Shown piece by piece: positions 33,637 to 44,075 of a DNA stretch of 64,000 nt. The notes beneath the pieces are model-generated. The model searched no databases. It saw nothing but the letters and a program-made list of their open reading frames with translations, and was not told where the DNA came from. The DNA is taken from assembly GCA_946965045.2 (NCBI GenBank), contig OX337236.1, positions 1,612,001-1,676,000 of the forward strand. The letters are read 5' to 3'. The translations under genes and the position numbers were made by a program. Source of the DNA: Epithemia pelagica. Taxonomy: Eukaryota; Protista; Bacillariophyta. Each line of letters opens with the position of its first letter. The stretch's first letter is position 1.

Positions 33637-36600
33637 TCATGCCATGGTTCCCTCGGTTCGGTTCGGTATGAGCTCTATTTGAGCCGGTGGCAGATCGATT
33701 GGTACATTTTCTACTGTTTGGTCATAGATTGCGCCAACGTGTTCAACTAGCTCACTGACGACTTGTTGGCCCCTAGTTTCCCATTCTTTCCGATTGCGTT
33801 CGGCATAGTTGAGGTATTCATCACTTGACACACCAAATACGCCGCAATTTTTCAACTTCTTGGCCAGCGGAATAATGTAAAAGTCGAAAAACCCTTTTTC
33901 TCCCTCGTACCAAAACTCGGCCGGGTTCTTCTCAGCCCGTCCCTCTTTGTAGGCTTTGTACATCTCTTCAAATAGTCGTGCATTCCATTTCCGATAAATA
34001 TGCCTAAGAAAAGAAATGTGAGATCCTAGATTCCAACCCACTGTGTTCAGAGAAGACTGAGCAACGTACCAATGCTGCATGGTGTGTGCAACGTCTGAGG
34101 CTTGGATGAGATGCTCAATCACGATAGTCGCCTTTCGTTGGACGGTAGCCAAAGGGTCGTCCATGGCCTTTTCCGAAAAGGCGAGGTCCCACCGCGCATT
34201 TCGAAGGTCCTTCAAATCCTTGTCCATAATATCTGTAGCCATTACAGAGTTGACGACAAGCTTTCTGAAGCGCCCCAGTTCTTCATTTGTTTTATAGATC
34301 GTCCGTCTAAGGTTTGAGTATGAATCCTCAAAAAGCACATCCCAGGCAACGTCGACCGAGTTTTGCTCGGCGACGCTACGGCCTCTGTAGTATTTTGCGA
34401 TCGCAGCATTCTCTTTGACGAGCTGTGTGTTAGGTACGCCCGTGTGATCAACATCGTGAATCAAAGCAGAAAGTACACAAGCAAACTGAGTCAACGGATC
34501 AGATGTGATGCCGTATGTGTGATCATGAAGAGTTTGGTTCTTTGCCGCGTTGCTTTGGAAGTCAAGGTCGGTTGGAGCGACGATCCGGGAAAGCAACTTT
34601 GAAACTGACATGGTCACGTGGCTTGCATGTTCAAAGTTATGAAAGGGATTTTCCCTGTACATTGCAGCGATGGCAGCAACGTACTCATAGAGTTCTGATT
34701 TAGCTTGTGGATCTAGTTCAATGTGGTCAGGTGGGAGTTGTTTCTTAGCAACTGTCGGGTCAAATTCCGGTAGAGCTATTCTTTCTTCAACTTCATCGAG
34801 AACAGTTGTACCAGTCCCCCTTGAGAAATCTTCATTTGGAGGACAGTCACTTCGGACACGACCACGGGCCTTCCGCCGTGCTACGATTGACTTGAGTAGA
34901 TGTACTAGAACATCAACATTCCAATCAATGAGTCGAGCGATTTTTGCCGACGCTGACGGTCCCGCAGCGTTGCCATCGTCATCTGCATCCGTCAAGTCGG
35001 CTGAGGAGAGAGAGGCATCGCCGCTCACGTCTTCCAGCGCAGTATTTGAGCCTTTTCGCTCCATCACCCCTCGCTTTCCAAGGTCAACCCAGTATGTTTT
35101 CATGTCTCCCTTCCCCGAAGCGTTGACATCGTCTTCCCGAAGTGTGATCCACGATTTTTTTCCAGAGGCTACCAGCAAATCTGCGGTATCTTGCGAAATT
35201 TGAATCTTATCCCTCATTCCGGTTGACTCCATTCGAGATGCCGTGTTCATTGTATCCCCAAAAAGCTGAAACCGTGATCTCTCTCCCCGTAGCACTCCTG
35301 CTGTCACGGGACCTGAATGTATGCCCATTCGTATTGCAAGATCTGCTGTATCTGGTCCGAGAGAAACTTCCAGCTTTCGCATCAGGATCTGCATCTTGAG
35401 CATACAGTCATTCGCAAAACGGGCAATGGCCACCGCGTGGTCCTTGCGGGGTTCAGGAAGACCGGTTGCTGCGACGTAGCAGTCCCCAACCGTTTCCACT
35501 TTGAAAACCCTCCTTCTTCTTGCAATTCTACGAAGAAAAAATTAGTTAGTCTCCGAACTATTTTCGTCAGCATATCTCTTTCTTACTTACTCGTCAAACG
35601 ACTTGTAAACGGTTTCGAGTAAAGTAAACACTTGACTTGGCTCTCTTGCAGAACTCCACGCAGTAAAACCTGCGATGTCGGCAAACAAGATACTAGTTTC
35701 CGGGAATAAATCCGCAATAGGCCTTGTCTTATACATGATATCGTCCGTTTCCATATCACCCATTGTTGGCCCGTCATTTGCCAAAAACTTTTTCAAGCGT
35801 GTCTGAGTTCCAGGTTGTTGCGCAATTTCGTCCTCTTCGTCAAGGGCTAGCACACGGTCACGCACAGTGGAAGGAAACAACGAAGAAACAATGCGGTTCA
35901 AACGAGCCGCCGCATGTACAACTTTCGCATTTCTCATGCGGACGAATCGATCATACATGAAGAAGGTGACCGCCATGGCGAAGAAGATGGCAGCCACAAT
36001 AATAGCCATAGTGACAGGAAGAGATGTGTTGTACTCATCACTCAGTTCTTTTGTTGGGTAAACTTGGAAGCGATACGTACACACAGGATCATCAAATTGC
36101 TCCGGGAGATCATCCTGAACTAAGATCTCAATAGTCCGCTGCATATCATCAAAATTTGTGTCATGCGAGTCTCCCGGACCAAGGTATATAGCCTTAAACA
36201 TAAATGAAATGAACATATGTGAGAAAGCGCACCATAAATAGCAGGCCAACTCTTCGTCGCTCACCGATGTGCCGTTCAAAATGTACGTGAACTTTTGGTC
36301 GCATGTATTTTCGACAACTGCATACATTGGACCAGCCCCCTCTCTGTGAATAGAACAAAACCTCAAGGTGTTAGTTTGATCGAAAAGAGCAACAATTACT
36401 TCAAAAGGATTCTCTGCCACTCACGGGATAAGACCCTGTACAAAATGATCCCAAGGAAAGATTCCTTGAAGCAGACCAACAAGAGGAGAGAACCGGTTGG
36501 CCAACTCTTCATAAACTGGATAGAGTAAAACACAATGAGGGTGTGAAAACCCATACGTTTCCTCCGAAGTATTCAAAATTTGTTTGGTTCGGGAATCCTC

Positions 36601-37668
36601 AAATTGTGCGTGGTAAGCAGCGTGGTCGGCCAGGTCTAAAGCTCTTAACCCCAAACGGCTCACATCGAGGACTTCGGTGAGCCAACTCGATCGAGTTTCC
36701 TGAATGATCGGGTAAAACCTTTTAATGAAAGGTTCAGCGAGCATATTGTAATTGACAATCCCTGGGTAGTAGGGTGGCGGAGATGTCTAAAGGCAAACGA
36801 CAAGAAGAACCGGTATTGTGAGCTGTCGAGTCGACCATGCCAACTTCGAAAACAACAAAAGACACACCTGCCAAAATGGAAGCAAAGGACTTGTAGTTGC
36901 TACAATTTCAACTGTTTGAGGAAAGAATTCTGGATCGTGCTGGTATACAACTGGTGTGACATTGCCTTCCAGATAAGTGCTGCTGCTGATTACGTCTTTG
37001 TCTCCCTGAGTCACAATTTTGCGACTTTCTTGTATCCATCCCTGATTCTGAAATGTATATGCCACCCACTCTTGCATCTGATTCCGGTCAACCACAGGAG
37101 TATAGGCCAACATTTCAATTCCCGACAAACGACGAAGATATTCACCTTTGATCTCGAAACCGCTTACGGTTACAAAAGGGAATTTTTCCCCATTGGCGAT
37201 AGCTTCGGAAGTAATAGATTCAGAAAGTGATTCAAAAGCAAGATGGGAATCCCTCATCTGTACACTGCTCGAGTCTTGAAAGTTTTGGACGAATAAATTA
37301 TACTGGTGGGCAAAGAAATACCCAAAAGTTGATGAGCGCGCTTCGGAAAAATCAATATCGGCACATAGAATGAGGAAAGCACTTACACTAACATGAAAGT
37401 CTTCCTTTTCTTCATCGTTCAAAATGACATAGGTAAGAATAGAAGTCGTCGCACCGGCCGCAAGCAGCATCAATGCAACCAAGAATCTCCATATATTGAC
37501 CCCTCTGTTTTCTCTTTTGGCAAACTTGGTCCCATTATCGTCTATTTTGTCTTCCACGAACAAAGATTCATCGTCTGAGCTTTGAGATGATTCATGCTCA
37601 TGAATGGACTCAAAGAACTTTGCGATCGGGTTGGTTAGCGGCTTCAGCGGGTTTCTTGCAGCACTCAT
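33637..37668 (-). CDS. Receptor-type guanylate cyclase-phosphodiesterase fusion, copy 2 (intact)
   Basis: All cyclase and PDE motifs are present, including NTASRMES. Canonical introns 37303-37386, 36787-36867, 36344-36424, 36193-36264, 35528-35590 and 34004-34069. Confidence 0.88.
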
Positions 37669-38219
37669 GGTGGAAGAATGACCCTCGTCACTGCATCCAG
37701 ATACATGTCCTTCGCTGTTGGGACTCTTTGTGGTGAGCACTTTGCACCCTTCGGCTAAGCCCGTTGTATGTGGGCTATAGGCAGTCTCTAGCTTGGGGGC
37801 AATATGAGGCAGTACTCGTAGTGCATAGAATCAGTCGGGACTGGTTGGGAGTACGAGCTCCATCAATCGATATGGGTAACCGTAGTGGCCCGTGCTTCAC
37901 GTTTCCGATACTCGGTTGAACTTCCGGCCCTACGAGATTCACTACACCATACATTTTCCTAAAGTAAAATGAATTGCCCTCATTCTCTTGCACATTTTGT
38001 TGCGAGATTCTTCTCACCAACTGCACCCACACCATCACCATGGTGAGGCGGCGCTAGCACAATAATCAACCCGCCTCCTCTACGAGTATGCATATAAACA
38101 GCTACTAGTACAGAACATCTATCTAGCTTAGTACATGCTTCTCTGTGTCGTAGGTCGTACAATAGGCAATCGTTTCGGTGTTGAGTATGGTGCTGTTGCC
38201 GTGCCGTGGTCGCCGAATG

Positions 38220-39200
38220 TTTTGCCGTTTGGCCGAAACGAGCAGTTGATTGTTGAGTATGTCATTGTCGTCGGATGTCGCTGTCGTCGCTTGTCGTTGT
38301 CGCCGCTTGTCGTTGTTGCCGCTTGCTTTCTTGTCGCATGCCGTTGTCGTCGCTTGTCGTTGTCACCGCTTGCTGTTGTTGAAGGGCACAGTCTCGGGCA
38401 GAGGGTTCGGTGACAGCGAATAGTTGATTGTTGCGTGGGGGTTGTTGTTGTTGTTGTTGTTGCCGAGTGTTGTTTTTGTTGTTGTTTGTTCATTCGTTCG
38501 TTCGTTCGTTCGTTCGATCAGTGGCGGTGAGTAGTTGATTGTTGTGTTTGGATTTTTGTTGTCGCCGAGTGTTGTTGTTGTCGTTCATTCGTTCTTTCGT
38601 TCGTTCGTTCGTTCGTTCATTCGATCGATCAGCTGTGACATCGTCGCCGATTGTTTCGCCATTTGTAGTTGAGCCGCTTGTGGTTGTCGTTGTCGTCGCT
38701 TGTTACCACCAGTGGACGAGGCTTCGATTTGTTGGGTGGTGGCAACGAAAAGACGAGGAGTTGATTGTTTCGTCGCACGGTAGAAGAAGGAGGACGACCA
38801 CACCATCTTGTCGCCGAGTCTTGCCGCCGAGTGTCGTTGTCGAGTGTTGTTGCCGAGTGTTGCTGTTGTTCGTTCGGTGGCAGCGAGGAGTGAGTAGTTG
38901 ATTGTTGTGTTTGGGTTTTGGGTTGTTGTTGTTGTTGCCGAGTGTTGTCGACTCGCAAGGCTCTTCGACCACCGCCCATCAGCTTCACGGCATCCCCTCC
39001 TTCTTCCACTCAAATTGTGCTGTGGGAATCAGCCGCACCACCGGCACCACCATCGTCTGTCGCAGTAGAAGCAGTCCTTCCACACAATGTTCACGTTTGT
39101 TTTGTCTGGACAAATCAGCTTTTGTTGCGTTTGAGCCACCAACGGTCGAGGCTTTCCAATGTTGTGCTCGGTCTATTAAGTGACGAGGAGTTGATTGCTG
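38220..39200. repeat. Degenerate modular satellite / low-complexity region
   Basis: Recurring AGTTGATTG(T/C)T, GCCGAGTGTTG and (TTCG)n blocks, plus a 63-bp-period duplication near 38280-38375. Confidence 0.7.
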
Positions 39201-40251
39201 CATGCGGACGTATGATCGGTGACTTGCTGGATGCATTCTATCGGTTGTCGTCGTCTTCTTCTCAAGGTCACTTCCTCTGTTTCGGATGCCAAATAAGAAA
39301 GACTTCAAAACCTTGCCGTCGGTCCATAAAAAAAGCCAACTCATCCCTGCCCGCCCATTCCCTCACGGTACACTTGATTCTTAGGCATCCTTGATGGTCG
39401 CAAGAGAGCTGGCACCTTTCGTTGGAGGTGCACACCGGCTTGAGTGTGTCATGGTGGTGTTACGCAGTGCAAAATGACCGTGGTGGTGTCCCTACGAAGT
39501 AAGAATCACTGTAGAAAAAACAGTGGGGGTATGAAAAGCACGGGCCACTACGGTTACCCATATCGATTGATGGAGCTCGTACACGTAGTCTAGAGGGCAA
39601 TATTATCGAATTGGGCCTTTTTCTGGTTATTACTGTACTCGTACTTGTAGTCTTACGCAGGGTTGTGAAGTCATAAGTCACTAATTCCAAAGTCAACACC
39701 GAATTTGACTTGATTTTGCCACTTTTTTGCAAGTCCCATTCCATTCGTCATGCCGTAGAATACGGAATGACAATTCCTTATTCAATTCTATACTCTATAC
39801 CACCAGTACTTATTCTGTTCAAGTCAAGTCTCCTTCGTTATTTACATGACTTTCATTCCCCAAGTCAATCTCATTCACTATGACCGGACGACTTGTCATT
39901 CCAAAGTCTTCTTCTATTAGGCCCAAAGTTCCCTACTTGAAGTCATTATAGTAAGTCATTTACCAAAACTCCCTAAGTCAGTTATTCCATTCTCCTAAAT
40001 TACAGACACACCGATAATCACCGTGTATTCTTCATACAAAGCGCCTCGAAACTGACAAAACAAACAACAATCAACTGATGACCTACACATACCTTCTTCC
40101 CCAACACCTATCAGAATGACCCTTGACTCTTGGCCTTGTTTCGTCGTGTCCTCACTTCTCACTCCTCACAGTTAGAACGACAAGCAGCCAGCATCCTTTC
40201 ACCACCGTCCCCCCTTTGTCACTTTGCACCCTGCACCTCTTGCGCCCAACC

Positions 40252-43200
40252 ATGGCTCCAAAGAGGAAGTCGTTGAGCCGAACATCGAGCAAGAAAAGCT
40301 CGACTGATGATCCACCATTGGATGCTGCAACGGTGAACAAGATCAAGGCTCGCCAATCTCTATACATACAGGAGAAGGAGCTCATTCCCATTCTTTCCTC
40401 CCCACTTCCCAAATTTTTCACTCAGAATCCTACTCCTCTATGGAAATGGGGGATCCACATCGATTGGGAAAAGTTCGACAAGTTTCACGAAGAATCCATT
40501 GACGAGAAACGAGACTTCTCAATGTACGAGGGAGTCACCAGCTTATTCGAATCCTACGAACATGTTGTAATCAAGAAATTATGGCCGAAGAAAAAACCTT
40601 CTCAACAAGGCAGGAAGAAACCGGTTGTATCGAAGAAGCTAGCCAAGTACCAAGATGTCTGTTGGTTCTGCATCATATGCCCTGTTTGCTTCCACGATCC
40701 GGATACAACATTGGCCAAATCCATCATCGGTTGCTCTGGCAAAACTTCCAATATCTCCCAGCACCGAACTGGGAGTCACCAAGATTTGACGTTTGACGAC
40801 GAGAAACCGGACACACAGGCTACTCTTGGCCAATATGCAACGAATCAAATGGTAACACGATCAGGTATTCGCAAGGAATTCCGACGACTCATATATGAGT
40901 TCGTGAATGATTGCTGCCTACCAGCATCGACAGTAGAGAAGCCAGAATTTCGGTCACTACTTCAGTTCGCAACCTCCCATGGCCTCCAGCTCAAAGATTC
41001 CAAGGCTGAAAATATGAGTCGAAGGGAGATCACCAAAATGCGCTTGAATTCTTATGAAGAGTTTGTCTTCGTCGTGTCAGAACTTGGCAATAACGTTCGC
41101 AATGCTTATCACAAGCTATGCAAGCAGAACGTACCTTTTGGGACCTTATGCCACGACATATGGAACGGCCCCAGGGGCGACATTCTGGGTGTCACTATAA
41201 TGTTCACAGATCCCAGAAACTGTGAAGTTTATAGAATTCCCATTGGCCTGGCTGAAATACAAGGTCACTCGGCTGCCGATGTCGCCAAGTTGACACACGC
41301 TCTACTAAATCAAGTCGGATTTTCTCAGAGTGACTTATACGCCTCTGTAAACGACAACACGGCATCAGCCGTGCTTGCAGGCAAGTACATTCTCGGCATT
41401 CCACGTCATGGGAGTGGTAGTGGCAGTAAAGGCAAGTGTGACATGCACAAGGCCGAACTGATTCTGAAACATGCCACCGGCTTGGTACAACGAAGCAGAA
41501 ACAAGATTATCATCGACGCCAATCCAGAATTTGTTGAAGCCTATGGTATTGCAAAGAAGTTTGCTGCATGGCTCATGAGCAGTCGAGCACCACAACGATG
41601 GGAGAATTTCAAAGATTTCGCGAACAAAATGGGAGCTGTGATCATCATGATTCCACTCCCCAATGAAACAAGGGTATCTGGATGCATCCTACTCATCATT
41701 GGCCTCCTTCGCAGCAAATGGATTATGGATGAATACGCTGCAAGTACTATAAATGGAGACCTAGGCTTCAAACGCCGCTATCCCAATCCGGATGTATGGG
41801 AAGTTCTTTCCCAATTTGAAGCCATTCTATCCCCTCTAAAGGCAGTGTCTCTATCGCTCCAAGTCGATGCTCCTGGTTCTTCATCTGCGTCCTTATTGGA
41901 GTTGTACAGTGCCCGTCATGTTGCCGAGTTGATGGAAATTGAGGACATCGAATGCTTGCCCATGAAAGAAAATTTGGACAACCCAATCAAGAAGTGGGAT
42001 GCCACAAAGAACATGGATGACCTGGACGAACAACGCAACCCAATTGCCTTTGAGGACTTGCATTCGACTAGTCGGAAACTCATCCGTCGGGTTATCAAAG
42101 AGTACAAGACGTACGTTCTCGAAGAAAAAGACGAAGATGCAGAGAAAGCCATGTGCTGCAACCCACTCCTGGCCAATATTTTTGAAGGACTCTTCAAAGA
42201 TTTGGATGCCTATGACGACGACAATATCTCCCGTGTTAAGACGATGTTTGTGGAGGATATGGTTGCCAAGTTTTCGAACAAACGAGTTTCGCGCCTTGGT
42301 ACAGTGTTTGCAAAACAGACTGGCAACAGTGGGGGAACAACAGACTCCACACCTACTACGAACTCGAGTGCAAAACCTAAGAAAAAATCGAAGGTGGCAA
42401 GTGCCTTTGCCAAGATCAGAGAAGCACGAGAGAAAAAACAACAGGACTTGCTTGGACTGTCTGGCAAGGCCAGTAACGCTGGCGCAGAGGCAAAACTTGT
42501 TGCGGACCTCCGCGAGGCATGCAAACAATGTTGGACCGATTTCAAGAAAATGTGTGACCTCATGATTGATCACAGATGGGAGGTGGTGATCAAGAAGTAT
42601 TCGACAGATGAATTCAAGGAGGAATCTCAGAAATGGGGGCGTTTGGAATGGGACGAGTTCAATGAACACTGCCGTGACAACTACTACCTTGGCATAGCAC
42701 GATATTTCGACGTCATGAAATGGTGGAAGGTTCATGGTTCAGAATATCCTTTCATGCTCCCTTCAGCTCTCATTTGGCTTACCAAACCTCCTACTAATGC
42801 CTTTCAAGAACGAGTGTTCTCTGCAAGCACTTGGTATCACCAGAACAAACTGATGGGCAATATGTATGAGAAACACAACGAGATGCGAACTTTGGAAAAG
42901 TTGACTAGGCCGTTGCGCAAATTGATTCTTCAGAGAGAAGCCGAAATAGAGAAAGAAGAAACAGAGAAAAAGGAAGTGATCGACATGACTGCGATAGACG
43001 AGAGTGGCACAAAGGGAGACGGCACAAGCAGCCAAGTCAAAGCCACTGCAAGTGTTGCAGTTGCAGTAGCCAGTCAACCAGTGGCTTCTGAAAGCACTAC
43101 CGAAACACCGTTGCGACAAAGAACAAGTAGTGGAACAGGAAGTGGAACAGGAAGTGGAACATCAAGTGAACCGATCAATATAACAGCGGCAAGTACACCA

Positions 43201-43788
43201 GCACAAGACATTAGCACTGGGGCCACAGACCAGCTATCCAGCACGGAACAAGATGGGAAATTGCCGTTTCAAGAGAAGAATAAGACGACACCAGTGGACC
43301 TGGACCAACATGGGCGGCAGATGCAAGGTCGACAGTTACAAATGGCAATGGCCATTCAGAAGGCCGCTATGGAACTACAAGAGTTCGGTAAGAAGAAGGT
43401 TATGGATGAAGGAACAAGCCAATACAATGACAGGCAAGATTCGGTCTCAGTGGCGGAGAGGACGACAACAACAAGATCTGTTCCGGTCGATCCAGAAGTA
43501 GCCGGCAACAGCACGACAGCCGAAGAAACAACAAAATTGATGAAGTTCTACGCTGATACAGACAATGATGATGATCTTGCTCCTCCTCTAGAAGCAGACG
43601 ACATTGTGGTCGTTCAAATTCCTATCGACGAGCAAGACAAAGACCAGGATGAGGGAGACGATGGAGATGACGGTGATTGTGGATTGTTGAAAGCCTTGAA
43701 GGAACAAATGGAAGAAGTAAAGGTAGAATCTACCGGCATTGCGATCAGCCCTACGGCTGTTGGTCTGTTGAAGGACGACGCCAACTAA
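40252..43788 (+). CDS. hAT transposase (BED-like finger, DDE core, dimerisation domain, long acidic tail)
   Basis: C/C/H/H finger near the N-terminus, 'CHDIW', 'NDNTA', 'CDMH' and 'KWWK...YP...PPTNAFQERVFS'. The frame stays open for 70 more codons after TAA 43786-43788, ending at 43998. Confidence 0.9.
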   Translation: MAPKRKSLSRTSSKKSSTDDPPLDAATVNKIKARQSLYIQEKELIPILSSPLPKFFTQNPTPLWKWGIHIDWEKFDKFHEESIDEKRDFSMYEGVTSLFESYEHVVIKKLWPKKKPSQQGRKKPVVSKKLAKYQDVCWFCIICPVCFHDPDTTLAKSIIGCSGKTSNISQHRTGSHQDLTFDDEKPDTQATLGQYATNQMVTRSGIRKEFRRLIYEFVNDCCLPASTVEKPEFRSLLQFATSHGLQLKDSKAENMSRREITKMRLNSYEEFVFVVSELGNNVRNAYHKLCKQNVPFGTLCHDIWNGPRGDILGVTIMFTDPRNCEVYRIPIGLAEIQGHSAADVAKLTHALLNQVGFSQSDLYASVNDNTASAVLAGKYILGIPRHGSGSGSKGKCDMHKAELILKHATGLVQRSRNKIIIDANPEFVEAYGIAKKFAAWLMSSRAPQRWENFKDFANKMGAVIIMIPLPNETRVSGCILLIIGLLRSKWIMDEYAASTINGDLGFKRRYPNPDVWEVLSQFEAILSPLKAVSLSLQVDAPGSSSASLLELYSARHVAELMEIEDIECLPMKENLDNPIKKWDATKNMDDLDEQRNPIAFEDLHSTSRKLIRRVIKEYKTYVLEEKDEDAEKAMCCNPLLANIFEGLFKDLDAYDDDNISRVKTMFVEDMVAKFSNKRVSRLGTVFAKQTGNSGGTTDSTPTTNSSAKPKKKSKVASAFAKIREAREKKQQDLLGLSGKASNAGAEAKLVADLREACKQCWTDFKKMCDLMIDHRWEVVIKKYSTDEFKEESQKWGRLEWDEFNEHCRDNYYLGIARYFDVMKWWKVHGSEYPFMLPSALIWLTKPPTNAFQERVFSASTWYHQNKLMGNMYEKHNEMRTLEKLTRPLRKLILQREAEIEKEETEKKEVIDMTAIDESGTKGDGTSSQVKATASVAVAVASQPVASESTTETPLRQRTSSGTGSGTGSGTSSEPINITAASTPAQDISTGATDQLSSTEQDGKLPFQEKNKTTPVDLDQHGRQMQGRQLQMAMAIQKAAMELQEFGKKKVMDEGTSQYNDRQDSVSVAERTTTTRSVPVDPEVAGNSTTAEETTKLMKFYADTDNDDDLAPPLEADDIVVVQIPIDEQDKDQDEGDDGDDGDCGLLKALKEQMEEVKVESTGIAISPTAVGLLKDDAN

Positions 43789-44075
43789 CCCATAGAGGGA
43801 ACTTCCAAGGATGCTCCCGTTATCACGACTCCTCTGGCTGTTGCCACTGATTTCTCAACTCCTGAAGCAAGTGAAAAACAAAATGCAAGCACGAGCAAGA
43901 AACAAGATGGGAAAAGGAAGGATACGAGTAGCAAGAAAACCCATAGTCCATCGAGCAAACGTACCCGCTCCAACACCACACTTAAATCACCGCCGTGATA
44001 CACTTATTCCATTTATGATTCACTAACAATGAGGCAATGAAGTTGCATGTTTGCATGATTAACCGTTAAGTTTTA

